From NCBI GenBank assembly GCA_963842845.1, contig CAWJHZ010000019.1, positions 64,995 through 128,994 on the forward strand: a DNA stretch of 64,000 bases, given 5' to 3'. The translations under genes and the position numbers were made by a program. Shown here piece after piece: positions 32,105-41,580 of this stretch; positions within the stretch are counted from its first letter, which is position 1; each line of letters opens with the position of its first letter. Origin of the DNA: an uncultured Chloroflexia bacterium (lineage in GTDB: Bacteria; Chloroflexota; Dehalococcoidia; DSTF01; JALHUB01). The notes beneath the pieces are model-generated. The model did no database searches and was not told the DNA's origin. It worked only from the letters and a program-made list of their open reading frames with translations.

Positions 32105-32962
32105 ATGGCACGAGCAAAGACAGGACTCGGCAGAGGACTGGGCGCTCTTATCCCCGACATGGCAGCGCCGCCACCGGAGTCCGTAGACATCGATCTTATC
32201 GTCTCCAATCCTTTCCAGCCGCGCTTCGAAATGAACGAGATGGCGCTACAGGAGCTGGCCGAGAGCGTCCGGGAGCACGGCGTCCTGCAGCCGCTGCTCG
32301 TCAGTCGTCTGGACAGCGATTCCGGCGCCCCGACGTACCAGGTCATCGCCGGCGGCCGTCGCCTGGAAGCCGCGAAGCTGGCCGGCCTGACGCAGGTGCC
32401 GGTCGTCATCAAGGAGACAACGCCGCGCCAGGGACTGGAGCTGGCGCTGGTCGAAAACCTGATGCGCCAGGACTTGAACGCGCTGGAGGAAGCGCAGGCC
32501 TACCGGCGGCTTCTGGAGGAGTTCGGGCTGAATCAGACGGAGATTTCGACGCGGGTCGGGCGCAGCCGGTCGGCAGTGGCGAATGCGCTGCGCTTGCTGA
32601 ATCTCGGCGAAGAGTTGCGGGCAAGCCTGGCGCGCGACGAGATCAGCGAGGGCCACGCCCGCGCCCTTCTCGCCCTGCCCGAGGAGCACCGGCGGCAGGC
32701 CTGGGAACTGGTCGTAACGAAAGGGCTGTCGGTGCGGCAGACGGAGGAGCTGGCGCGCGCCTGGCCGGCCGGCGGCGAGAAGACGCCGCGACGGGAAAGG
32801 CCTCGCAACGTGGAGCTGGAAGCGCTGGAGGAGCGGCTGCGGGCATCGCTGGGGACACGGGTCAGCCTGGTGAAAGGCCGTCGCGGCGGTCGAATCACGA
32901 TTCACTACTACAGCGACGAGGAGCTGGACGGCCTGCTGGAACGTCTCGGCGCCCTGGAATGA
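32105..32962 (+). CDS. parB: chromosome partitioning protein ParB/Spo0J
   Basis: 285-aa ORF with GLGRGLGALI, the ParB box (GVLQPLLV...YQVIAGGRRLEAA) and an HTH (TQTEISTRVGRSRSAVANALRLL). Confidence 0.93.
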   Translation: MARAKTGLGRGLGALIPDMAAPPPESVDIDLIVSNPFQPRFEMNEMALQELAESVREHGVLQPLLVSRLDSDSGAPTYQVIAGGRRLEAAKLAGLTQVPVVIKETTPRQGLELALVENLMRQDLNALEEAQAYRRLLEEFGLNQTEISTRVGRSRSAVANALRLLNLGEELRASLARDEISEGHARALLALPEEHRRQAWELVVTKGLSVRQTEELARAWPAGGEKTPRRERPRNVELEALEERLRASLGTRVSLVKGRRGGRITIHYYSDEELDGLLERLGALE

Positions 32963-32975
32963 CGGAGGCAATACG

Positions 32976-33452
32976 ATGACACCGGAAGACGAGGAGTTAG
33001 TTCAAAAAGTCAGGACGCTGCCCGACCGCATCGACGCCGTCGTCGCCGGCCTGTCCGATCAGAAGCTTGGCTGGCGCCCAGCCGAGGGCGAATGGTCCAT
33101 TAAGGAGGTCTGCGGCCACATCTGCGACGACTCCCAGATGTGGCGCCATCGCCTCGCCTTGATGCTGAACGAGGACAACCCGACGCTACCGACGTACGAA
33201 CAGGAGAAGCTCGTCCGCGAGCACGCCTATCAAGCAACTGATCTGGACGCGATCCTCGCCCGTCTCAGGCGCAACCGGGAAGAGATCGCGGCGCAGCTAT
33301 CATCGCTGGCCCCGGCGGATTGGGAGCGCGTCGGAACGCATCCGGAGCACGGCCCGCGCACGGTCCGCACCGGCATGGAGCTGATGGTCACCCACACTGA
33401 AGGCCACCTGGAGCAGTTGCGGGAGTTGAGGAAACAGGCGAAGGCGCAGTAG
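32976..33452 (+). CDS. DinB-family (DinB_2/YfiT-like) protein
   Basis: 158-aa ORF with a four-helix-bundle style pattern and conserved His residues (EWSIKEVCGHICD...HTEGHLEQL). Confidence 0.75.
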   Translation: MTPEDEELVQKVRTLPDRIDAVVAGLSDQKLGWRPAEGEWSIKEVCGHICDDSQMWRHRLALMLNEDNPTLPTYEQEKLVREHAYQATDLDAILARLRRNREEIAAQLSSLAPADWERVGTHPEHGPRTVRTGMELMVTHTEGHLEQLRELRKQAKAQ

Positions 33453-33458
33453 CCGGAT

Positions 33459-34343
33459 TCACCTAGCCGGCGGTCCCAGCGCCAGGCCGATGAGACGCTG
33501 AACCAGCCTCGCCGCCAGCGTTGCGCAGGCCGGCGGGCCCAGGTCCGGCGCCAGTTCCGTCAGGTCGCAGCCGACAATCCGTTTCGTCGCCGCGAGCGCG
33601 GTCAGAAGCGCAATCACCTCGTCCCAGAAGAGCCCTCCCGGCTCCGGCGTCCCCACCGCCGCCATCTGCGCCGGGTCGAGACCGTCCAGATCGATATCAA
33701 CGTAGACGTTCGACGACAGGCGCCGCAGCAATTCTGCCGGACTTGGAAGCGCGCGGTAGGCCACGGGGGTTAGGAACGTAAGATCGCGCTCGCGGATGAA
33801 CTCGACCTGGTCGGCGCTTACGCTTCGCATGCCCACCATGACGACGGGGCAGGTCTCGACGATACGCCGCAACACGCAGGCATGGTTGTACGGCGAGTCC
33901 AGGTATTCGTCGCGCAAGTCGGCGTGGGCGTCGATGGCTAGCACCGAGAGGTCGGGATAGCGACGCGCATGAGCGCGCACCGCGCCGACCGCAACCGTGT
34001 GCTCGCCGCCCAGCGTGACGACGAACTTGCCGGCCGCCAGGAGGTCGCTCACCGCCGCTTCGACCCGTTCAACCATCGCCTGCGGGCTACCGCTATGGGG
34101 CGCCAGCTCCGGCAGGGTGTGGATGCCGTCCTGCGTAGTATCGAAGCCGAGCGTTAGATCGTACGGCTCCAGGTCCTGCGAGGCATGGATGATAGCGGCA
34201 GGACCGTTGCGGGCGCCGGCGCGGGCCGTCGTTGTGGCGTCGTACGGCACCGGCAGTACGGCGACGCGGGCGGTCTCGAAAGCGGTGAGCGCGGGCTCGG
34301 GCACGAGGAAGCCGAACGGCGGATAGAACAGATCCTTACGCAT
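33459..34343 (-). CDS. speB: agmatinase / ureohydrolase family protein
   Basis: ATG at 34343 (MRKDLFYPPFGF...) lies just after the upstream stop. The ureohydrolase metal motifs are present: GGEHTV, DAHADLRD, DIDLDGLDP and DLTELAP. The track ORF extending to 34565 has a junk N-terminus overlapping the upstream gene. Confidence 0.88.
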   Translation of the reverse strand: MRKDLFYPPFGFLVPEPALTAFETARVAVLPVPYDATTTARAGARNGPAAIIHASQDLEPYDLTLGFDTTQDGIHTLPELAPHSGSPQAMVERVEAAVSDLLAAGKFVVTLGGEHTVAVGAVRAHARRYPDLSVLAIDAHADLRDEYLDSPYNHACVLRRIVETCPVVMVGMRSVSADQVEFIRERDLTFLTPVAYRALPSPAELLRRLSSNVYVDIDLDGLDPAQMAAVGTPEPGGLFWDEVIALLTALAATKRIVGCDLTELAPDLGPPACATLAARLVQRLIGLALGPPAR

Positions 34344-34351
34344 CGCCGCGC

Positions 34352-35410
34352 TCAGCCCTCGCGCCATGCGCCGAGCATGCCGTCGAAGTTGATCGCCGGT
34401 GGTCGGCGCTTTTCGATGATGCCGGCACTGCTCTCGGCCAGGGCGCTCACGATGAGCGGCAGCGCGACGGTCGCCTCTACATTCACAGTCGCCATCGTCG
34501 CGTCCGCGGCGATCTTCCGCCACGACTGCGCCTCCTCGAACGTGCAGCCGGATAGGCCGCCCCATTGCGGCTGGTCCATAGTAACCTGGATCGCGTACTT
34601 GTGGCCGGGAAGCTCCCGCCGGAAGATGTAGCCGCCGACCTCCGCCTGCTGGATGAAGTTCTTCGGCGTGCCGCCGCCGATGTAGATGACGCCGGTTGCC
34701 GGCGCCGTCGTCGCGATGTGCGCCGTCTCCAGCACGTCGCCGACGATGTCGAAGAGAACGGGCGGAGACTTGCGGCCCGACCGAGCGCTGCGAACGCGTC
34801 CAACGGCGATCGCCAGGCCGTGAACGCTGTCGCCGAGGGCGGGCGAATAGACCGGCAGGCCGCGCCGCGCGGCGGCGGTAAGAATACCCTCCTCTTGCGC
34901 CACCGGCAGGAGCGCCTCGCCGAGTCGCTGGAAGTACTCACGCGTGCTGTAGGGACGCGAGCCGTCGAGGGTGAACGAGAACTGGGTGATGAACTCCTCG
35001 GCGGCGGAGAAATCGGCCTCCGGGGCCAGTACATCGTAGAAGCGGTTGATGCGTCGGCGGCCCAGCTCCTGATCATCGGATTCGGCGCTGCCCTGGTAGT
35101 GCGGCTTCCCCAGCGTCTCGTAGACGTCGTGAAACAGGTTCGCGCCGGTGCTGACGAGAACGTCGATCATGCGGTTCTCAATCAGGTAGGCGACAACCTT
35201 CCGCATTCCTCCCGGCACCATCGCGCCGGCCAGCCCGAACATGATCACGACGTCGTCCTCGAGCATGCGCGACCAGATGCGCGCGGCGTCAGCGAGGTTC
35301 CGCGCCTGAAACGCCGTGCCGCCCATCGCGTCGAGAAGCTGCGCCGCGGTAACGGGACAGCCGACGGAGAACGGCCGGACGCGAGAGTGAAGGAGGTCGT
35401 CCACGAGCAA
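34352..35410 (-). CDS. deoxyhypusine synthase-like protein (DHS / homospermidine-synthase-related)
   Basis: 352-aa ORF. FQARNLADAARIW...MFGLAGAMVPGGMRKVVAYLIENRMIDVLVSTGANLFHD...IYIGGGTPKNFI follows the DHS-family pattern. Confidence 0.85.
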   Translation of the reverse strand: MLVDDLLHSRVRPFSVGCPVTAAQLLDAMGGTAFQARNLADAARIWSRMLEDDVVIMFGLAGAMVPGGMRKVVAYLIENRMIDVLVSTGANLFHDVYETLGKPHYQGSAESDDQELGRRRINRFYDVLAPEADFSAAEEFITQFSFTLDGSRPYSTREYFQRLGEALLPVAQEEGILTAAARRGLPVYSPALGDSVHGLAIAVGRVRSARSGRKSPPVLFDIVGDVLETAHIATTAPATGVIYIGGGTPKNFIQQAEVGGYIFRRELPGHKYAIQVTMDQPQWGGLSGCTFEEAQSWRKIAADATMATVNVEATVALPLIVSALAESSAGIIEKRRPPAINFDGMLGAWREG

Positions 35411-35433
35411 GTCTCCCGGAAGATGAATGCTGG

Positions 35434-35916
35434 TCAGGAGGGTAACAAGGGGTGGGCCGCGTTCGCCTCCGTGCTCGGCCTGCCATCAGACAGGTCCTGC
35501 AGGGCGTCGGCGACCCGATGCCGTTCCGAGCCGGCAAGCGGCACGGCTTCCGGCACACTATGCGGAAACTCCAGACCACGCGGCAGGGTGTGGACGCGCA
35601 GTTCGCTGAGCTTGAAGCGCTGCCGAATCTCGTCTACCGCCTGCTCGGCGTTGAAGCTCTTGCAGGAGAAGACGTCCACCCATATGTAGCCGTGGTCGGG
35701 AAAAGTATGAGCCGAGATGTGGCTTTCAGCGATGAGGACGAAGCCCGAGACGCCCCAGTCTTCCGGCTTCGCGCCGACGTAGCGGCAAACGTAAGGAGGC
35801 GCGATCTTGGTCATCCCTATCGAAGAGGGGCAGAGGTCCAAGAACGCGCGCACCAGGTTCTCGTCGGCCAGCTTCTGGGGGTCACCGCCGTACCCGTCGA
35901 TTGTAACGTGCATCAA
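35434..35916 (-). CDS. speD: pyruvoyl-dependent decarboxylase of the SpeD/SpeH (AdoMetDC class 1) family
   Basis: 160-aa ORF with LIAESHISAHTFPD containing the Glu-Ser self-cleavage site motif. It is the first gene of the speD-like/DHS-like/agmatinase operon. Confidence 0.85.
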   Translation of the reverse strand: MMHVTIDGYGGDPQKLADENLVRAFLDLCPSSIGMTKIAPPYVCRYVGAKPEDWGVSGFVLIAESHISAHTFPDHGYIWVDVFSCKSFNAEQAVDEIRQRFKLSELRVHTLPRGLEFPHSVPEAVPLAGSERHRVADALQDLSDGRPSTEANAAHPLLPS

Positions 35917-36212
35917 TCCCCCCTTTCCTTGCTGCCCAGCGGGGCCCTATTCGCGACGGCGAACAGTCGAAACAGCATACAGCGCCCTTCACAGCTTAAG
36001 CATATGGAGTCAAAGGCGCTGCGGGCCGCAGCGACCGAAAGACACAGCAAACGGCATAATAGCACGGCGAGACGCGGCCACGCAATAAGTTTGGCGTACT
36101 TCAGAAGAACGTTTGCGGAGCGCCCTACACGCCTTCAGCGGCGTCGAAAACGCCATCGACAACGCAGTTACGCGCTTGTACCGCAGCATAATGATGGTAT
36201 AATCTGCAACCG

Positions 36213-38306
36213 ATGGCTGTCAGGACGTGGGTGGGGCAGTTCGGCATCGTGCGGGGTCAGGCGCAGCAAGCCGGACCCTGGCAAGGAAAGTTCAGCCTTC
36301 AACCCTCCGGCGAAGAACCTATCGACCTCTACGTCCTGGCGCAGCCCGCCCTTCCCGGTAGCGAAGAGTTCTGTGGCCAGCTTGTGGCCGTCGTCGGCCA
36401 CCTCTTCGAGCGCCAGAACCTCTCCATAACCGGCGCCCTGACGAAGGCGATAAGCGCCGCCCACGAGAACCTGCGCGACTGGAACCGCCGCAGCCTGCGC
36501 GAGCACCAGGTGGGCGCGGGCCTGAGTTGCCTTGTCGTTCGCGGGACGGTCGCTTATCTCGCCCAGGCCGGGCCCAGCCTGGCCTATTTCCGCCACGAGG
36601 ACTCGGTTACCCGCCTCGTCGCCGAAGACCCCGCAGCGAGCGTCACCCTCGGCCTCGGTGACGAGTTGCGACCGCAACTGCGTCGCTACGAGCTCTCGCC
36701 TGGCGATCTTCTTCTCGTCGCCTCGCCGGCGCTGACGGAGGTCGTCGACGAAGACCACATCCGTACGCTGCTGGCGCTGGATGCGGAAGAGGCGCTCTCC
36801 GAGCTCTACCTCCTCACCCGCGACCAGCCGGACTTCTCCGTCTTCCTGCTGGCCTGCTTCGAGGCCGAGGAGACTGCGCTCGAGCGAGAAACAACACCGA
36901 GCGGCCTGCCCGCGGAAGCAGCGCCGCCGGTCGCCGTCTCCCCAACACCCGCCGCTGCTCCGCCGTCCTCCCTCCGTCGCGAGCCTGCTCCGTACGAAGA
37001 GGACAGCCAGACCGACTTCCACTTGCTGTCGCCGCTGGAGCTGGCGCCGGTGGCCGTCAGCGCGCCGGCGCCCGGCAGACAGACCGTCCGGCTGCGGGCT
37101 TCCCAACCGGGGCTCCGTCACAACGGCCCGGCGCCGGTGAGCCGCCTCACGAAGCGCCTCCCCGTCTGGCTGCTGCCGGGTGTTCTTCTTCTTGTTGTCA
37201 TCGGGCTGCTCGCCTGGTGGGTGATGCCCAGCTCGATCCAGGGCACGCGCGACCAGAAGTTCGACTCCCTGATGACGACGGCGAGGAACGACTACAACGC
37301 CTCGGTTTCCACCTCCGACCCATCGGAGCAGCGCCGCCTCCTCAACGAGGCGAGCAGCAGCCTGGCCCAGGCCGAAGGCATCCGCGCCGCCGATGTCGGG
37401 CTGCTCAGCCTGAAGAGCGAAGTGGCCGGGGCCGTCGCGACCATGAACGGCGTCCAGGAGCTGGCAGACCTGCGCCTCGTCGCCGACTTGAAGACGCAGC
37501 TCACCGGCGACCTCGCGCTCCAGCAGCTCGTCATCGGCGATGGGCAAGCCTATCTTCTCGACGGCAAGAAGAATCGCATCGTCTCCGTCAAGCTGACCGA
37601 CCCGGAAGGCGAAACGAAAGAAGTGCTTAACGAGGGCGACCTTGTGGGAATGATAAAGGCGGCAAAACCCGTCCAGATCACCTGGTTGCCCGACCCGAAC
37701 GGCGGCAGCCTGCTCGTCCTCGATAGCGACAACCATCTGTTCTCTCTGAGCCCCAGCGCCGAGCCGCGGCCGCTGTCGCTGGGCGGCGACGGCGAGTGGC
37801 GCTCTCTGGATAGCCTCTATGCCGGCGACGACGGCCTCTACGCCCTCGACAAGCAGAGCGGCCAGGTATGGCACTATCCGGCGGGCGAAGACGGCACGGC
37901 GCGGGAGCCAACGGCCTCGATCGAAGGGTCGGACTTCTCCAGCGCGATCGGACTGGCCGTGAACGGCGATATCTACGTCCTCGACGAAGACGGAAAGATC
38001 CGCCGCTTCTCCGCCGGCCAGGAGGTCGCCTTCGACATGGCGGGGCTGGACAGACCGCTTACCTCCGCCGCTTCGCTGCTGCCCCTGTCCGACGGCAGTC
38101 TGATGGTGGTGGACCGCGGCAACAAGCGCATCGTCCTCTTTAGCGGCGACGGTCGCTTCGAGCGCCAGTTCGTCAGCAGCCAACTTACCGACCCGCAGGC
38201 GGTGGCGGTGGACGAGGTGACCGCCCGCATCTACGTTCTCAACGGCGACTCCCTCTTCGTCGCCGGTCTTCCGTCCGCGCCCGGCCCGCAAGACGCCAAC
38301 CCCTGA
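36213..38306 (+). CDS. membrane protein with N-terminal PP2C/SpoIIE-like domain and C-terminal NHL-type beta-propeller repeats
   Basis: 697-aa ORF. The N-terminal 190 aa resemble the PP2C fold ([22 protein letters not shown]...[14 protein letters not shown]). A TM helix lies around [23 protein letters not shown]-terminal repeats such as [18 protein letters not shown] and [17 protein letters not shown] are NHL-like. Confidence 0.6.
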   Translation: MAVRTWVGQFGIVRGQAQQAGPWQGKFSLQPSGEEPIDLYVLAQPALPGSEEFCGQLVAVVGHLFERQNLSITGALTKAISAAHENLRDWNRRSLREHQVGAGLSCLVVRGTVAYLAQAGPSLAYFRHEDSVTRLVAEDPAASVTLGLGDELRPQLRRYELSPGDLLLVASPALTEVVDEDHIRTLLALDAEEALSELYLLTRDQPDFSVFLLACFEAEETALERETTPSGLPAEAAPPVAVSPTPAAAPPSSLRREPAPYEEDSQTDFHLLSPLELAPVAVSAPAPGRQTVRLRASQPGLRHNGPAPVSRLTKRLPVWLLPGVLLLVVIGLLAWWVMPSSIQGTRDQKFDSLMTTARNDYNASVSTSDPSEQRRLLNEASSSLAQAEGIRAADVGLLSLKSEVAGAVATMNGVQELADLRLVADLKTQLTGDLALQQLVIGDGQAYLLDGKKNRIVSVKLTDPEGETKEVLNEGDLVGMIKAAKPVQITWLPDPNGGSLLVLDSDNHLFSLSPSAEPRPLSLGGDGEWRSLDSLYAGDDGLYALDKQSGQVWHYPAGEDGTAREPTASIEGSDFSSAIGLAVNGDIYVLDEDGKIRRFSAGQEVAFDMAGLDRPLTSAASLLPLSDGSLMVVDRGNKRIVLFSGDGRFERQFVSSQLTDPQAVAVDEVTARIYVLNGDSLFVAGLPSAPGPQDANP

Positions 38307-38317
38307 AGACGCAGTCG

Positions 38318-39334
38318 ATGAATATCCTGGGCATCGAGTCCTCCTGCGACGAGTCGGCAGCCGCCGTCGTCGAGGACGGCCGGCGCATCGTTAGCAGCGT
38401 CATCGCTTCTCAGGTGAGCCTGCACGCCCGCTACGGCGGCGTGGTGCCGGAGATGGCGTCGCGAAAACATCTCGAGAGCCTGTTGCCGGTCGTCGAGGAG
38501 ACCCTCTCCGAGGCGGGCTGCGCCTGGAGCGATCTCGCGGCCATCGCCGTGACCGTCGGGCCCGGCCTCTCGGGCTCCCTGCTGGTAGGTCTGAACACGG
38601 CCAAGGCGATCGCCTTCGCCCGCGGGCTGCCGCTCGTCGGTGTCAGCCATTTGGAGGCGCACATTTATGCCAACTGGCTGGACGTAGACGGCTCAGGGCG
38701 AGAGCCGCCGGAGTTCCCGCTTCTCGCCCTCATCGTCTCCGGCGGCCACACCGATCTGCTGGTCATGAGCGACCACGGCCGCTACCGGCTGCTCGGTCGC
38801 ACGCGGGACGACGCCGCCGGCGAGGCGTTCGACAAGGTGGCGCGACTGCTCGATCTGGGCTTTCCGGGCGGCCCGGCCGTCGAGAAGGCGGCGGAGGGAG
38901 TGCCGGCGGAGGCGCGACGGCGCTGGCGGCTGCCGCGGGCCTGGCTGGCAGGCGGCTACGATTTCAGCTTCAGCGGCCTGAAGACCGCCGTTTTGCGCCT
39001 GGTTCGCGAACAGGGCGAGGAGGATCTACCACGGGCAGAGATCGCCGCCGCCTTTCAGGACGCAGTCGTCGACGTGCTGGTCACCAAGACCGTGCGGGCG
39101 GCGCGCGACGAGCGGGTGACGGAGATAGTGGTGTCCGGCGGCGTGGCCGCCAACAGGGCGCTGCGTGAGGCCCTCGTCCGGCGCGCTCCGGTCTCGGTCC
39201 GCCTGCCGCCACCGGTCCTCTGCACCGACAACGCCGCTATGGTCGCGGCCTGCGGCTACTTTCGCTTCCAACGCGGCGATCGGGCCGGTCTCGAGCAGGA
39301 CGTTCTCAGCGGCCTCGGCCTCCCGCAGTCGTAG
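38318..39334 (+). CDS. tsaD: tRNA N6-adenosine threonylcarbamoyltransferase TsaD
   Basis: 338-aa ORF with [18 protein letters not shown]...HLEAHI...SGGHT...[10 protein letters not shown], the Kae1/TsaD signature. Confidence 0.95.
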   Translation: MNILGIESSCDESAAAVVEDGRRIVSSVIASQVSLHARYGGVVPEMASRKHLESLLPVVEETLSEAGCAWSDLAAIAVTVGPGLSGSLLVGLNTAKAIAFARGLPLVGVSHLEAHIYANWLDVDGSGREPPEFPLLALIVSGGHTDLLVMSDHGRYRLLGRTRDDAAGEAFDKVARLLDLGFPGGPAVEKAAEGVPAEARRRWRLPRAWLAGGYDFSFSGLKTAVLRLVREQGEEDLPRAEIAAAFQDAVVDVLVTKTVRAARDERVTEIVVSGGVAANRALREALVRRAPVSVRLPPPVLCTDNAAMVAACGYFRFQRGDRAGLEQDVLSGLGLPQS

Positions 39335-39414
39335 CAGCCGAGCAGACCATCGGCTCCTCGCCCGTTTCCCTTCAATCGTCGGATTTCCGGATTGACGGTT
39401 CTGGAACAGGCGCC

Positions 39415-40872
39415 TCACACAGCGTGCGGGCCGGAGAGGGGGCAAACCGTGCACTCGCCGGCGGCGCAGTACTGGCGGTAGAGGTGGAGGCGCCCCTGCT
39501 GAAGGCAAGCGCCACCGCCGCGGTCTGAACCGGCAAGCGGCCGGAAGTTCGCTTCCAGGAAGCGGGTGCCGCCGTAGGAACCGGCCGAGGGCAGGCGCAG
39601 GAAGACCGCCAGGGCCTGCCGCGAGAGGACATCGAGGGAGCGGGCCTCTCCCCAGGCGGCGGCGAACGGCAGCACGACGTTGATGAGCATCTCCAGCGCC
39701 CTGCCGCGGCCGATGAAGGCGCCGGCCGGCACACCGCTCCCCTCCGAGAGGTCGTGATGATTGCGCCAGAAGCCATCCGCAGGCACCTGCCAGGCGGCGA
39801 GCACCTTCGACAGGGGAAGGCGGTCCGCTTCCTCCTGGAAGGAGAGGCCGGCCACAAGGCTGGGCCAGCGCGAGAAAAGACGCACGAAGCCGGCCAGGCG
39901 GCGGGCAGGCAGGTTGCTGGGACGAAGCCCGCTCAACTGCCACAGCATAGACGCCGGCGGCTCCGAGCGTCGCCGCGCCCAGAGCTCCTCCAGGCGCGAG
40001 ACGTAGGGCGAGCCGGCTGCTTTCAGGCGGCGCTGGCTGGGGAGAAGGCCGGCCCGGCCAAAAAGGAGCGCCTCCGCCACCGTCTGCCCGTCGCGGTCGA
40101 GGGTGCGACGCAGCTCTTCGTAGGGAAGCGCCTGGGCCAGGCGGGAGAAGGCCTCCTCGTTCCGGCTGTAGCCCAGCGCCTTGAGTAGGCCTTCGTAGAG
40201 CGTCTGGTTGGCACCCTGGCGGCGAAGCGCGGCGGCGAAGCGACCCTGTTTCTGACGGAAACGCATCTGCCCGAGCCTCTCTAGGAGTGCCCTGACTTCC
40301 GGCCAACCGTTTCTGGCGACAGCGCTGCGACAGGGCTCGGACCAGGAGGAAGGCTGGGCCAGCCAGAGCCGCAGCTCCTCGGCGCGGCGGGCCACCCAGG
40401 GCGCCAGGGCGACCACGGCGACGCGCCGGCCGCAGCGGAGCAGTGTTGGAGCGCCGGCGTCGTCGTGGAAGACGACGTGGAGAATAAGGTTGTCGTAGCG
40501 CGGGTCGAGGTGATGGCCGTGGGAGACGAAGGCGCTGGAGCGGACGTGCAGCTCTACGTCGCCCTTCAGCAGGCGGCCCCGCTCGTCGGCGATGAGGGCG
40601 CTCAGGAAGTCAGGGCCGGCGGACAGGTTGCGACGGCCGCGATAGACTACTTGCAGGGCCTGCCCGTCGCGGAGACGCAGCGCCTCGCGGGGAAAGCGCT
40701 GCCCTTCCCAGAGGCGCACCAGCTCTTCTTCATGGAGCTGCGGCGCGCTGGCCGGGAAATCGAGGAGGAGAGCGCTTTCGCCCGGATCTTCCGGGCACGC
40801 CTCTTCTTCCGCCGGCTCTCCTGCTCTCCCGGTCTCATAGCGCGCCTGTCTTTCCCGCAGAAGCAGCGACAT
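39415..40872 (-). CDS. DUF2851-family protein
   Basis: 485-aa ORF. The N-terminal region (EELVRLWEGQRF...VVYRGRRNLSAGPDFLSALI...GDVELHVRSSAFVSHGHHLDPRYDNLILHVVF) matches my recollection of DUF2851. The start is 1 nt after the upstream HTH gene stop. Confidence 0.7.
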   Translation of the reverse strand: MSLLLRERQARYETGRAGEPAEEEACPEDPGESALLLDFPASAPQLHEEELVRLWEGQRFPREALRLRDGQALQVVYRGRRNLSAGPDFLSALIADERGRLLKGDVELHVRSSAFVSHGHHLDPRYDNLILHVVFHDDAGAPTLLRCGRRVAVVALAPWVARRAEELRLWLAQPSSWSEPCRSAVARNGWPEVRALLERLGQMRFRQKQGRFAAALRRQGANQTLYEGLLKALGYSRNEEAFSRLAQALPYEELRRTLDRDGQTVAEALLFGRAGLLPSQRRLKAAGSPYVSRLEELWARRRSEPPASMLWQLSGLRPSNLPARRLAGFVRLFSRWPSLVAGLSFQEEADRLPLSKVLAAWQVPADGFWRNHHDLSEGSGVPAGAFIGRGRALEMLINVVLPFAAAWGEARSLDVLSRQALAVFLRLPSAGSYGGTRFLEANFRPLAGSDRGGGACLQQGRLHLYRQYCAAGECTVCPLSGPHAV

Positions 40873-40873
40873 C

Positions 40874-41125
40874 CTAGCCTTCGCGCTCCTCTTCGACGAT
40901 CTCGGCGCCCTTCCCCTCGTAGACGAAGCCGGCCCGCTCCGCGATTAGCGTCAGGAGCTGGGCGGACGCTCCGCGCGGTTCGTACTGCCCCGTCTCCCAC
41001 TCGCTTATCGTCTGCTGGCGGGTGCCCATCTCCTCGGCCATCTGCGTCTGTGTCAGGCCCAGGTGGTCTCGCAGCCCGTGAATGCGGCCGGCGTTCCAAA
41101 CGGCCTTTCGCTTCCTCTTCGCCAT
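40874..41125 (-). CDS. XRE-family helix-turn-helix protein (YiaG/MqsA-HTH-like, antitoxin-type)
   Basis: ATG at 41125 gives MAKRKRKAVWNAGRIHGLRDHLGLTQTQMAEEMGTRQQTISEWETGQYEPRGASAQLLTLIAE... The longer track ORF (TTG at 41161) would translate through a 22-bp perfect palindrome. Confidence 0.75.
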   Translation of the reverse strand: MAKRKRKAVWNAGRIHGLRDHLGLTQTQMAEEMGTRQQTISEWETGQYEPRGASAQLLTLIAERAGFVYEGKGAEIVEEEREG

Positions 41126-41132
41126 GCGGTCA

Positions 41133-41154
41133 TCGTACACGCTAGCGTGTACGA
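41133..41154. promoter_or_regulatory. 22-bp perfect palindrome, candidate operator
   Basis: TCGTACACGCT/AGCGTGTACGA is perfectly self-complementary. It lies 8 nt upstream of the ATG of the XRE-HTH gene (minus strand). Confidence 0.5.
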
Positions 41155-41182
41155 AAGTCAATAGCCCGTTGCGAAACTCGGG

Positions 41183-41425
41183 CTAGTCGGCGACAGCCAC
41201 AGTAAGTTCTTCTGTGCCCTCGGTCACTTGCAGCCCAGATCGATGCAGTTCCTTTTCGAGGGAGCCCTGCCGCTCCAGCGGTTTCAGTAGAAGCAGAACC
41301 GTTCTTTCCAGATTCCGGCGCGCCATGTCTGGGGAAGCCCCATGTGCCGTCAGCCCCAACTGAGGGCTGCGTGCCGCAAACCCGTTCTTAATCCGATACA
41401 CGTCGTGTTTGAGTACGACTAGCAT
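41183..41425 (-). CDS. HicB-like (UPF0150) antitoxin-fold protein
   Basis: ATG at 41425 preceded by GGAGG gives MLVVLKHDVYRIKNGFAARSPQLGLTAHGASPDMARRNLERTVLLLLKPLERQG... This fits the HicB N-terminal-domain pattern (x-G-F-x-A-x-x-P-x-L-G-x-x-x-x-G-x-S-x-x-x-A). No hicA was found nearby. Confidence 0.45.
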   Translation of the reverse strand: MLVVLKHDVYRIKNGFAARSPQLGLTAHGASPDMARRNLERTVLLLLKPLERQGSLEKELHRSGLQVTEGTEELTVAVAD

Positions 41426-41519
41426 CTCTGTCCTCCAAATCGTCGATTTTCTATTCACTTTAGGCAACCGACGGACGGACTGCAAATAACGTACCCAGAA
41501 AATAAGGCGTCGCTACCCC

Positions 41520-41548
41520 TTGACAAGCTCGGATACGGTCGCTAGAAT
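41520..41548 (+). promoter_or_regulatory. sigma-70-like promoter candidate (TTGACA-17-TAGAAT)
   Basis: TTGACA at 41520-41525, a 17-nt spacer and TAGAAT at 41543-41548, about 30 nt upstream of the DUF5343-like ORF, which has AGGAGG before its ATG. Confidence 0.55.
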
Positions 41549-41580
41549 ACAGCTAAGTTGAGTTACAGGAGGTCAGTTTC

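Noticed and set aside
34344-34565. N-terminal extension of the agmatinase ORF in the track (368 aa).
   Set aside because: It overlaps the 3-prime end of the DHS-like gene and has a junk composition. MRKDLFYPPFG at 34343 is the natural start.
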